From Girardia tigrina (Eukaryota): a stretch of DNA of 64,000 nucleotides. Of this stretch, positions 1 to 11,864 are shown piece by piece. The notes under the pieces were generated by a model, which searched no databases, was not told where the DNA came from, and worked only from the letters and a program-made list of their open reading frames with translations. How positions within the stretch are numbered: the first letter of the stretch is position 1; every line of letters begins with the position of its first letter. The translations under genes and the position numbers were made by a program. Location: assembly GCA_001938485.1 (NCBI GenBank), contig MQRK01173881.1:1-64000 (forward strand), in the 5' to 3' direction.

Positions 1-295
1 GGCCCTTAGCAACGGTTGCCATGGTAACGGTCACCTAGTTACCGAGATCAGGTTACTGGCCCTTAGCAACGGTTCCTTAGCAACCGTCACTAAGGTGATC
101 GCGACCGTTGCCGTGGTAATGGTAACCCCCCGTGGGACATCGCGGCGGTAACTAAGGTGATCGCGACCGTTGCCATAGTAACCGCGACCGTAACTAAGGT
201 AATCGCGACCGTTGCTATGGTAACCGCGACCGTTGCTATGGTAACCGCGACCGTTGCCATGGTAACCGCGATAACAGGTATCGTTGCCATGGTTT
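1..295. repeat. GC-rich ~21-bp tandem repeat (GTTGCCATGGTAACCGCGACC) made of RFX X-box-like palindromes
   Basis: Units GTTGCYATRGTAAC at 15, 169, 211, 232 and 253. The 7-aa periodic ORFs on both strands reflect the repeat. Ends at an N gap. Confidence 0.9.
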
Positions 296-1391
296 NNNNN
301 NNNNNNNNNNNNNNNNNNNNNNNNNNNNNNNNNNNNNNNNNNNNNGGGGGTGGTCGACAGAATGCCCATTTTCATACTACTCGCTTCTGAAAAGGATCCT
401 ATTTTTAATTCAAATTATACCAAGCTCAAAAAACAATTCAACACCATATAGTTATTCCGAAAAATACAGGATGAAATTCAGCATTAGAGAAAGAAATAAA
501 AATTTTATGAGAATATTAATGCCAAAAGGAAGAACTTATTTGAAAAACTATACAACGCATTGATGATAATTCAACCTACTTCTACAGTAAAGAAAAGGAT
601 ATTTTCTGTAGTTTCAACATTTGTAACAAAATTCGAAACCATTTGAAGATGCAAACTTTAGACTGGCTTGTATTCCTCAAATATTAATTTTTGAATACAA
701 AATAAATTATAAATGAAAACTTATATGGTCTTATATTAAAAAATATATATTATACTTATTCATATATTATAAAATCAAATAACTTGAACTTGAATGTTTC
801 ATCCAAAAATGCGCGGGCACCAAAATAGTGCAAGAAATAAATACTCAATTTTCCATGTTGCTAAAAAGTTGAGTATTTGGATACACTAATGTTTGGTGCA
901 TTCTCCACGTTGCCTAAAGACTGAACGGTGGAAGCAGAGTCATGGTGTTGTTACTGCGGTTCGCATGGGATCCATTTTATTGTTCTCAGATTACTCATTA
1001 AGATATTGAAATAGTTTGGTTCATCATTTTAATTTTTTAACAATAAATGAATTTCCTTAAATGGCTATTTTTCAAATTAATTTCCTTCGTTAGATGCACA
1101 AAAATTCAATTCAAGAATTAAAAAATTAAATTCGTCAGCATAATCTATAATTTCAGAATAATTTAATAAAATTGAATTATTTCATTCATTTTTTAACATA
1201 TCATTATGTTTACATATTTATATTTACATATGTTATGTACCACAACATTTTCCTTGGCATTATTCTTTTGGTGTGTGAAAAATTACTTTTTGATGTGTTC
1301 TAAAAACTGTTACGTTTTAATGTAAAAAAATTTATTTTTTGAGATATGAAAATTATTTTTTAATGTAAAAAAAACAATACCTTTAAAACGA

Positions 1392-1816
1392 TGTTGTTTT
1401 AATTTATTAATTAATAAAATATATTAAAATGATCGAATTGTCTTTTTTTTAAAAAAGAAAAACAAAATCCTCTAAATGATGGCCTCAAAAGCACTGAGCG
1501 CACGCGCCGCGAACAGCGACATCTCAAAAACGGAACGGTCGACCCGGCGACCTGTTGAATCGATTCCCATATAGGTATACACCACTACAACCGATGACTC
1601 AGGTCGAGTTAATATATCAAATAAAATAAAAAAGTAAAGCAGACAATTTAGCGATATTTACAATTAAACAGTTATAAAACGATTTAAGTTTCTAGAACCA
1701 CAAATTTAAAAAATAACTGATTTAACTGTCTTGGGTGGGGAGAGAGAGAGTATTGCAGTTGAATTATAAATAGAAATAATAATGAATATATTAAATGACC
1801 TTAAAATTATGAAACA
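1392..1816 (-). mobile_element. Probable 3' LTR of a BEL/Pao retrotransposon
   Basis: Minus strand reads purine tract CCAAGGGAGAA, then TGT..., ending CAACA at 1392. Lies downstream of the BEL integrase remnant. Confidence 0.55.
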
Positions 1817-1829
1817 TTCTCCCTTGGCC

Positions 1830-2480
1830 CATCTCTTTGATCAACTCACTCACTCTTTTTCTTTCGATTATCATTATTCAAATTCAAATTATCCTTGTCA
1901 GTTTCTTTGATTTCTAACTGTCACATCTTTTCCAGTGGTGTACAACATTCTAGCCCTTCTCTTTTGATTATTACAACTTGTTGTTTTCTCTATTATTTAT
2001 TTTTTCCACTCTAGTAAGCTTCCACAATGTCTATTTTCCACCAGTCTCCATTTCTTAGGTAATATCACCTTCTAAACTCCACTGGTTTTATCAATATTCA
2101 GTGATCTCTTGGATTCTTTTCACTTCCACAATAATCCAGTTTTTTAAAATGTTATAGGTTCTCTACTCACTCCTTCGTATCCTTCTCGAAGAAAAGGATT
2201 TTGAGTTAATGCATTGCCTCCTTTAATATCTGAATCCACAATTAATTAGGGGCTTTCATTCAAAATTGCTTCTATCTCCACCACGTTTCTAAGAGCTTTC
2301 TTGACCTCTCTTATCATCACTTCATAAATTCCACCGAAATGAGGCGTTCCAGGTGGATTGAAAATCAATTTCATTTTTCGTTTCTCGATTTTCTTACTCA
2401 AAGAATCCGTATCAACCACTTCTTCCTCAGTACTTTTGGTATACCCCACAAAATTTTTCCCTTACTAAATCTTGATTGCA
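1830..2480 (-). pseudogene. BEL/Pao integrase remnant
   Basis: FNPPGTPHFGGIYEVMIREVKKAL...EIEAILN matches the BEL integrase motif FNPPxAPHFGGxWERxIRxVKxAL...EIEAILNSRP. Confidence 0.85.
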
Positions 2481-3639
2481 ATTGACCATTTCCATTTGCC
2501 GTTCACTAGGTTCTCAATTTCGAGTGGCTTCACCGATTTTTCCGACACATACTATACTCGCCATTCTTTTCAGGATGCTGCATGCAAACTTCAATTAGCC
2601 GCCAACTATGAAGTGACCAAATAGCCGACCGACCACCAAAAATAATTTTTGTTATATCAGATGATTAAGTTATTTAGATACCTGAACATGTAATCTAGCC
2701 AAAAGAACTAAAAGATCAAGATTCAGTGCTTTTCAAAGTACTTCAGCCTCCGTACTTCTCAGGACCCCGTAGGGCAGCCCATCGATAAGGGGTTGAATTA
2801 CAAAAGCCTCATCACCTATTTTTTTTACTGCAAGTTACGGTTACCGATCGCTTCAAATGTGAGATGAAAAAATCGACGCTCAAACTTAAGCAAGTCGTCG
2901 AGAAGCAAAGCTCAATCATGAGAGCCTCGAGCTTAACACAAAAGCTTCTGTGAGGGAGACGGGACTCTCCATAACAGCCTTCCGCGTCACTTTGTCGAAT
3001 CCTACATATACCGGAACAGCAGCAGCATCAGTTACTTGTCTTTGTGAAGTGAATACATCTGTTTAAAAATAAAACGTTCATAGATTTTTAATGTGGCATT
3101 TAATTTTCAAAATAGAACGTAAATTTGAGGTAACTCTCTTTTCTTCGACCAAACACAACATTCCAAACAAAGCCTTTTGATACCGGTATAATCAATGTGT
3201 CCAAAGAAACCACAGTCAAATGCTTTCTATATGTTAGTTTTATCATATATTTTGAGGACTCACAAGTATTTCAATTCGAGTTGAATGATTGCGCTATAAA
3301 CATTGTTTATTAAATTCTTGTCTTTCTACAAATTCCATCATATATCACATTTGAGAACTACCTAGAAGCAGACATCGAATAATCTGCTTCATCTGTAGAC
3401 CACGAAATTTTGGATGCGTTTAGTCAGCCTGACATAGTAATTGATTTTGATGATAAAGTCAAAAAAGGACATAAAACAATAGTGTGCAGAAATAGTAATT
3501 GGTTTTAATTACGATTATTTAACTGAACTGATAAATTGCGGTAACTTTAAGCGTTTAGATTTTTGATTTAAAAATAAAACTCTGCTATCATTTTTGACAT
3601 ATCAAGCTATCACGGCCATGAACCGGATTAAATTTACTG

Positions 3640-4790
3640 ACGCAGTCCGAATGTATGATGGCTGCAGCGATTTCGCGATTTCGAAGCCTCAGCAGTGGTC
3701 TGTGACATTGACAAAACGGCGGCGCTACCGTTGATCTTGGACAGGTGCGCGTTTGATCTTTTTTCAGGGTTGAAGAGCGAGGACCAGCGAAGCTATGATG
3801 CAGTAAAGGCCGCACTGTCAGAAGCAATCGTGTCCGATCCGCAAGAAGCGTTCGAGCAATTTAGATTGCGATCGATTCAACCGGGCAAATCGATCGAGGA
3901 GTATATGTCATCCCTGCGGCGGTTCGCGACCGTCATCTACATGGGGCAGGAGCCGCAGATATAATTTTTGCGCCAAACATTTCTTGTTGGTCTGCCGACA
4001 GTAGTGTCGAAACATCTTTTGTCGGAGGCCGGGAAGGAAAACAAGCCCCTACGAGACATGATTCCAATGGCGCGGTCACTTCTCCGCATCAGCACGAGAA
4101 CGGAGAAGGTGGTCGAACCACCAAGCGGCGGAGTGGTGGCATCAGCGTCGAACATCAAGTGCGGCGCCAATCAGAGACAGTGTTTTAGATGTAAGCGGCG
4201 TGGTCATCTGCAACGGGACTACAATGCGTTGCTAAAAGTGAAGGAGGGTCCATCACCAGTTTCAAAATTCAGAGCGTGCTTCATCTACGGCGCACCGGAT
4301 CATTTTTGCGCGGCTTGTCCAAAACTAAATCGAAAGTCGGGAAAAGATCAACAGGCCCTCTCTTCTGCGCAGGGAAGGTACCTGTGAATGTCGATGCACA
4401 GTAGTTGTCATCCGAGTTGCAGGAAAGATGGTGAGAGGACTAGTCGACACAGGGTGTTCAATAATCATGATGGAACAGCGGCTGGTGCGACTGGATCAGA
4501 TTCAAAGTGTATCCGAAAAATTTCAAACGGTACTCGGTCAAGCAGTAGTAACACACGGGGAATGGGTGGAGATTGAAGTGCCAGGGCATCTTTTAAAGTA
4601 CTGGGTTTTTTTGGCTAAAAGTTTGCATTCGATAGGATTGGAGATGATCCTAGGAATGAATACAATCGTCTCAATGGGAAGGGTGAATGTGGGCGCCACA
4701 GGAGAAGGAATCAGATTCGGCGCTGGCACAGTGAATAGACAGCAACAAGCGCAGCGTAAGTCGAGAGTCAGTCTTAGAGCATCGCCCGCG
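3640..4790 (+). pseudogene. gag: GC-rich Ty3/Gypsy gag-protease fragment
   Basis: Two degenerate CCHC knuckles (CFRCKRRGHLQRDY, CFIYGAPDHFCAAC), slippery-like GGGAAAA near 4340 and aspartic protease motif LVDTGCS. Contains stops and frameshifts. Confidence 0.85.
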
Positions 4791-4799
4791 GCCGCTGTT

Positions 4800-7063
4800 G
4801 TTACTTTATTAATTTTATTCTTCTTAAGTTAATTCTTGTTTTATTTCCGTTAATTTCAATTAAAGCTGTGTTAATTTTAATTATGTATACTTTAGGTCTG
4901 GTGTACTTGTTTTGAAATTTTTTTTGTATGGTTTCCTATTACAAATGCTTGTCTATTATTATAGTCGTATGTTAGGTTGTTTCTATGTTGTACATTTTTG
5001 TTTTTTTCTATAATTGTACGTTTGTTTGTTATGTCTGTTAGTTTTTCTAGTGGTGATTTCTTTTTTTTCGTCCAGTCTTATTCTGACTGCTAATAGTGTC
5101 TCGTTAAGATTTTTGAGCCAGTTTCTATCATCTCCTTTTGTTCTGATTGTTTCTTTTAAAGTTCTGTAAAATCTTTCAATCTTGCCATTAGACTGGGGAT
5201 TGTACGGCGTCGTTCGTTGTTTGCTTATATCACATTTCTTGTACAGTGTTCTAAACATTTCAGATTCGAATTGCGAACCATGGTCACTAATTATGTTTTT
5301 GGTGGGCCATATCTAGTTATTCATTCATTTTCAATTTTATTAGATACTGTTTCAGCGGTTATATTTTTTAATGGAATAGCTTTTGGTTTTACGATCTATT
5401 AGTATGTGTTAGAATCGGTGGTCACACCACCTGTGAGATCACTATAACTCATCTATACTAAAAAAATATTCTACAAAATAAAATGCAAAAATATCTCGGA
5501 CACAAATACCACAAGGAATAAATCAAATTATTAAATAGAATTAACAATTTTTTATTACAAAAATTTTATTGATCCATAAATAATATTACTACAGATAATC
5601 AATACAAAATTTAATAAAAACAAAATAGTCAATACAACAAAAATAAATTTACTACAATTCACGCGTATCACAATCCACAAGCCAAACAATAATAAAAACT
5701 AATATTTAAAGAAAATTATTTTTTTTTAAAATTAGTTTACATAAAAATTAGACTCTATTTATTTTTTAATAAGTTTTGAGGAACTCTATTTAAGTTTTAT
5801 TTTCTTTGCTATTTTCTTTGTTTTTTTGTTATTTTGTTTAGGTTACAGGTTATACATTTTTTAAAGTTTTTTTTCATGCTTGGCCATATTACTTGTGCGT
5901 GTATTATTTGGTGAGTGGTTCTGTGTCCGTAATGACCAATAATATGTATTCTTTTAATGCATTCCTCTTGTAAATATTTTGGTATGAGAGGTCTCAATTC
6001 CCCTTGATACTATTGTCGTAGTATATTCCTTGAATTTGTAAAATTTTTAGAGATTTATATTCTTTTGTATCGTTAGTGATGTCATCTTGCTTGTTTCTGA
6101 GTCTTCTATTGAGATTATTGGGTTAAATGTTATCTGGTGTTAGCTCTTGATAGGTAGTCTGCCACTATGTTCGACTTTCCTGATATGTGTACCATTTCGC
6201 ATTGGAATTGTGATACATAATTAATTTGTCTGATTTGTCATGGGCTTAGTTCTTTTAACCTGGACATGTTACATAGTGATTTATGGTCTATGTATAGTGT
6301 AAAATGTCTATTTTCTAACAAGTCTTAGAAATGTTTGAAGCTGTTATGTATAGCTAAAATTTCTCGGTCATATGTTGAGTATTTGATTTCTGATGTTTTT
6401 AATTTTTTGTGAATAGAAACCTAATGGTCTTTGTTTGTTGTCGATCTTTTATTCTAACTTTGCTCCGATTGCTATGTTTGAAGCGTCGGTTGTTAGAATT
6501 AGTTCACTGTTTTTTGTAGCATTTCTAGTTCAGTTATTTTATTTATTTCTTCTCTAATTTTTTTGAATTATTTTTCAAGTAGATCATTCCATTTAATTGT
6601 TTCTGTTTTTGTTTTACTTTTTATTTCTTCATTGAAATCTGCTAGTAGTTCTAAAAAATGAGGGATGTATTGGTGGTAAAATTTTAAAGTTTTGTTATGT
6701 TTAATATCTTATCCGGGATCGCTTCTATTTGTTTTTCGCTAATTAGGTACCCTAGGAATGATATTTTTTCTTTTAGGATTTCGCATTTTTTTGTGTTTAT
6801 TTTTAGTCCGTTTTTGTCTAATAGATGGAAAACGTTTTCAATATCGTGTAAGCTTTCTTTTTCGTTCTTGCTTCCTATTAGTATGTCATCTAGGTATAAA
6901 ACGGTATTTCTGGTGTTCATGAATATATTATTCATTGTGCATTGAAATGTAGCAGCTGCGTTTTTCAATCCGAAAGGCATCCTGTTATACTCGTATAGTC
7001 CGAATGGAGTTGTTATAGCCGTTTTCTTAATATCATCTTTGTTCATTGGAATTTGATGATAAG
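4800..7063 (-). pseudogene. pol: AT-rich Ty3/Gypsy pol (RT-RNaseH-integrase), disrupted
   Basis: YHQIPM..KTAITTPFGLYEYNRMPFGLKNA and YLDD (RT); TTDASNIAIGA and YSTYDREILA (RNase H); GHYG...CITC, DHGSQF and PQSNGKIER (integrase). Cut at 7063 by another element. Confidence 0.92.
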
Positions 7064-7541
7064 TGTTGGGATCGAGAAATTTCCCAATCGACACCAGGCC
7101 AATTCATTAAGGGGGCACTGAGTCAGATGGAAAATTTCTCGAGATCTGAAATAAAATAAAATGATTATTAAATAAATATAATATTAATTAATTAAAACTA
7201 ACCTTAATTGATTTTGGACCTTGATCTGAAATAAAAAATATGATTATTAAAATTAATTGAATAAAAAGCTTACCAAATTGATTTCACCTTTGATCCTGAA
7301 ATTAAAAAAAAACAATTATTATCTATGTAATTAGAAAACTTACTTGAGATATCTGATCTTTGATCATTGTTCATATAAATGAAAATTTTGTTATTTTTAT
7401 TAAAACAAAAACTTACTTGATTGATTTGGACTTTGTTGTAGATAGATAACGGAAGGGGCTTATAGTGCCTGCCGAAACTGTTGACAAAAAGTACAGCGAT
7501 CTCGAAATTTATGTGAAAATTTCACAAAAACGAATTACTAT
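7064..7541 (-). mobile_element. LTR-like segment with TATA box and tandem micro-exon/mini-intron units
   Basis: Ends ...CCCAACA exactly at the junction inside the RT of the flanking element. CTATAAG at 7465-7459. GT..TTTCAG units at 7146-7202, 7226-7273 and 7296-7343, plus a donor at 7416. Terminal hairpin at 7070-7146. Confidence 0.6.
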
Positions 7542-7972
7542 TGTGAGGAATATTTGAATGTTTGATGTTTTGTGTTTGAATGTGAATGTTGATTTGGAAA
7601 TGTGTATCTCCTACCCAGATGGATGATTAATATTTTAATTCTTATTATCTAAAAATATGTAATGTTTAAATTTATTTTTAATTTCAAATAATTTTAAATA
7701 AGTTTATTAATTTTTATAATATTTAATAAATAAATCAAATTAATATTTTTTAAATAATTAATTATCATTTTAATTATTATCTAATAAATTTTAAGTGAAT
7801 ATTTTATTAAAATATTTATTTCCCCATTTTCTAAAAAAATAATGAGAATTAATTCATTAATCAATTTTGCTTTGAATGCAAATGTACGAAAGTTTTGATA
7901 AAGATTGTCTTAAGGACAATCAAAATTGTTGTTTAAATAAAAATATAAAAAGTCAAATTGGTGTTCTTAATA
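7542..7972 (+). mobile_element. 5' LTR (family A, TGTGAGGAA...GTTCTTAATA) followed by PBS TGGCG
   Basis: Near-identical to the solo LTR at 33653-34093, whose ends are fixed by a TSD. TGG follows immediately at 7973. Confidence 0.92.
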
Positions 7973-9852
7973 TGGCGACACACAACCATGTGACTCCGAA
8001 TATAAAAGGTCCAGAAACATTCGACGGATCTGAGACAAAAGTGGAAGCATTTATAAAGAATTTCAACAGGTACGCGAAGATAATGGGATTTTCGGAGGAA
8101 AGGAAAATCCTTTTAGTCACGCCAAACATGACACCGGAGGCAATAATCAAGTATGAAACAGCGCCCGGTGAAACATGTGAAGAAAAATTAAGAGCAGCTT
8201 TCTCCAAGGAAAAAACCGTTCTAGATATAATAAAAGAAATGTTAGATTTGAGAATTGGCTCCAGCGATCCCACAATAATATTTAAAAAGTCAGACAAACT
8301 AATAGAGAAATTGGTAGAGAAAAAGCTAGGTAAAAAAGAACTATCGAATTTAGTATACGCTAACTTGATAGATGATGTTGATGTACAAAAACAAATAGCC
8401 ATTCAAGGTATCACGAAATCTGATGAGATTGAAGAAATACAAACAAGAATGTTCGAACATGAGAAAAGAAAAGAAATGCACCAGTGGCAGCATATAATAC
8501 AAAAAGAGAAAATGAATGGAAAACAGTGGAAAATAAAAAGAGAACAACAAGATTGCGGAATAGAGAAATTCCAGAAGATACAAGAAGAAATTTTAGAGTC
8601 AGGAAAATTACTTGTTGGGCATGTCACGAAGAAGGACATGTTAGAAGAGATTGTCCAAATGTGACATGTTATCATTGCAATAACAAAGGACACATAAGAA
8701 CACAATGTTATGAAACCCCGAATAGGTTTAAGGAACGCAGCAATGGAAACGGGATAATGGAAGAAATCGATGGGAAAATGATAGGAAAAAAATACTCGAA
8801 TCAAAGATATAGAGACCGTCTGACGTACACAAATAGGAAATATTCAGTAGCGGAATTGGACGAATTAGACGATGAATTGTATGAAGGAAAACAATCCGCA
8901 AGACGGGGCTATACCGACGAAACTAATAGAAAAGAAGATTCTAAAAGACAGAAATATCCCAGAGGTTACAGAAAATTCAGAGATGATCAAGGAAACGAGG
9001 ATGCATGATCACAGGGAGAGGTGATCAGTGTGCTTCATTAGAAAGTCAATGCAGATGTATGTCTGATTGTACATATGAATGTGTGTGTGATTGTATTTTT
9101 GATTGTATGTATGAAAATATTCCTCTAGAAATGTGTGAATTAGATTTTTGAATAAAGAAAATAATGAAAAATGTGATAACATGGATATTGAAAAAGAAAG
9201 AAAGAAAAGAAATATTACAACAGATATATTAAAAATAGCAAAGTTTGACATAAATTATAAAAATTTGAAAGGACGGCCAAGTGTAGAATATCGTATAAAA
9301 GATAAAAATGTTCAGTGCCTTTTAGATACAGGAGCTCGAGTGAATGTCATTAAAGCGGATTTAATCAAAGGTATGAAAAATATTCAGATTAGAGAAATAA
9401 GAAAGCGTATTCACTGTGCGAATGACTCAGAACTTGTAAACTATGGGACTGTACAATTAAAGGTGATAATAGAAAGGGTACAGAAAACAATAGAGTTTTA
9501 TGTTGTCAAAGAAATAGATCCGGAAATGATTGCTGATATATATTTTTTGGATAAATTTGGAATAAAACTGAAGAAAGAAGCATCAAATATCGATAGCATA
9601 TTGGCTATTAGAGATAGCCCTTCTGATGAAGATAGATTGAAAAGAATAAGAGAATTGTAAAATAATACAGTTGAAAATGAGCTAATGGAACTTTTAACAA
9701 AGTACAGATCAATATTCATTGCTGATAAATGGGATATTGGAAAAACTTCGTTAACCAAACACAAGATAGAAATGCATGGACAACCAGTACTGGTAAAAGC
9801 GTATAGACAACCGAAACATTTTAAAGAGAAACTAGATGATATTATAAAACAC
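7876..9852 (+). pseudogene. gag: Family A Gypsy gag-protease-start of RT, frameshifted and 3'-truncated
   Basis: GPETFDGS gag motif, two CCHC knuckles (CWACHEEGHVRRDC, CYHCNNKGHIRTQC), protease LLDTGA, and pre-RT DIGKT..KHKIE..PV..KAYRQP. Confidence 0.92.
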
Positions 9853-9984
9853 TGTTGTTTGTCGGTATTAAATAAACTATAAAAAACTGAGAAAAAATTT
9901 AAAAAGAATGTCGTGTAAATAAAGTAAAATAAAAAAATTATTGTCCTTCTTTCCTTCATTATTTCTAATCAAATCACGTTATTA

Positions 9985-10350
9985 AAAATGTTAAGTCCGC
10001 CAATTAATGTTATCTTTCGGCCGAAATTGACGCCGCCACATCTCAACCCGCGGTGCACTATGAGCACACTGTATCCTACCGAAGAGGCGATCCACTGTCG
10101 TGTCCGGGTATCGAGCACACCGCGTACCCTTCCGAGTGGATCCGGTGGTCACTGGGCCGGTAACGCGGTACAGGAAGTTGCGGCCGACCGATTTGGGGTT
10201 TATTACTCAGCAATGCACCTGCTGGGGCCCACTCCGTCGACCGGTTACCGACGTCAACCGAACTGGCCGATCAATTCCTCCATGCGGCATCTTCCCGCAC
10301 AATTAAGAGGTGCTGACCGCCGCCACTCGGCCCGGTACCTCAGGGGATTA
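9985..10350 (+). pseudogene. GC-rich island, possibly a very degenerate Gypsy RT N-terminal fragment
   Basis: Across frameshifts reads GIEHTAYPSEWI / PVV...KLR..DL / LPTSTEL, in the order of the RT motifs IEP..SEW.SPVV..K..G.LR.C.D..LP..EE. Confidence 0.35.
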
Positions 10351-10879
10351 AAATCCCCCCCCCCAAAAAAAATTTTAAATTTCGATCATAATTACTTCTA
10401 AATATTTTTTCTGAATATTAGTTTTGCAGAGCATAGAAATGTTTCTTCCTCAAAACATTAAACATGCTGCAGATAACGAAATCCTACTATCCATGGAAGC
10501 CAGAAATAAACAATGGCAAAGTGATATAAGTTGCATTAAAGAAGTCTTTTGGTGAAGTGACAATAAGGAGGCTTCATTGTATTTATGAAAATCTTTGCAT
10601 TGACTTTATCCATTGCTTGAATATTTGCAAGGTAAATGTTTTTTTTTGTTTTTTTGCAAGAGAAATGTTTGAAATGATTTTGTTATTTTCTCTCATTATT
10701 ATGCATACTTCTACATGCAAATGCGGAATATTGTGCTGTTGATTAAATTCTATTTAGAATCAATTTAAATGTTTTATTCTGATTTTAAAGAAGAATTTTA
10801 ATCAACAGACAACAATTTAACAATATGCACGATTCTGGAATGTATTTGAAATGTTTTTATACATTTATTAAATATTTGT

Positions 10880-10965
10880 GCAGTATGTGAAATGGTTCGA
10901 CTATCAGGAACAAGTTCCAAGTATATAGGTCCATCATAATTCCACCAAAGCACAACATAACTGTT
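10880..10965 (-). pseudogene. mariner transposase fragment
   Basis: VVLWWNYDGPIYLELVPDSRTI resembles mariner LCVWWxxxGxIYYELLxxGxTI. Confidence 0.6.
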
Positions 10966-11149
10966 GGATTCTTGATCAAGATCAGAATTCATTAATACAA
11001 AATTTTATTTATTTTATTTCACCCGACTGAGCATAATCAAGTTGTCGCTAGGCACATTGCTCAGGTGGTTGCAACTCGTGCATCGCAGACAGTAAAGGCC
11101 CAGAGGCAAATTATTCAGAAATCTAGGACTGGGATTCCACTTGACGTTA

Positions 11150-11425
11150 TAATATTTCTTCCAAGTTATCGCGCTAGTCAACGTACAATATCCTACAATT
11201 CACACTATGCTGAAGTTATTTGAAATTTTACGAGTAACAACAGTCACAGCTGAACGATCTTTTTTATATTACGCAGAATCAAGACTAACTTACACAACAC
11301 AACATCAGCGCAGAGATTGAATGAATTAGTTATAATGAACATTTACAAGGAATTATGTGCTTCTCTAGAGACTGACAAAGTTATAGACACTTTGGAGAAG
11401 AACCCAAGAAGAATTATTCGTATGT
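11150..11425 (+). pseudogene. hAT transposase dimerisation-domain remnant
   Basis: VTTVTAERSF / LRRIKTNLHNTTSAQRLNELVIMNI across a frameshift. Confidence 0.75.
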
Positions 11426-11555
11426 TTTTATCGTATTTTTTGTATCGTAGCCGTTGGGCCGTGGGTGCACTCAATTATGCACAAGCATTATGACTTGGTT
11501 TTGCATATTTTTGAGTGTCTCAGTAGGCAAGCAACCTGGTGGCGCCTATCTCCTC

Positions 11556-11864
11556 TCCAGGTTTTATTGTATAAATGTATGTAATTATATATTTCTCATA
11601 AAAAGTTATTTCGATTACACAAAAATATTGTATTAAATTGATTACACACCGAGAGACACATAATATACGAACACGTCAACGATCAAACAGTAGACTCATT
11701 CAACTGTCTACCGCTATTTTGTCCGCCAATTCGCTTTCGTTTGCGCACGCCTCTAACGGAATCACTTCTCCCTCCTCTCTCTTGTCCTCCACATGGATCT
11801 CATTGTTCAAGTGCCACACTTTAATCTCATTCCAGGTTTTATTGTATAAATGTATGTAATTATA
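11556..11864 (+). repeat. Pair of identical 34-bp direct repeats 275 bp apart
   Basis: TCCAGGTTTTATTGTATAAATGTATGTAATTATA at 11556 and 11831. Confidence 0.85.

Noticed and set aside
31-390. Repetitive ORFs (GRGYHSN / VTATVAM)n
   Set aside because: They are by-products of a 21-bp tandem repeat, are open on both strands, and two cross an N gap.
5407-5741. Possible solo LTR inside the Gypsy integrase
   Set aside because: It has TGT...ACA-like ends, but no TSD or second copy could be confirmed.
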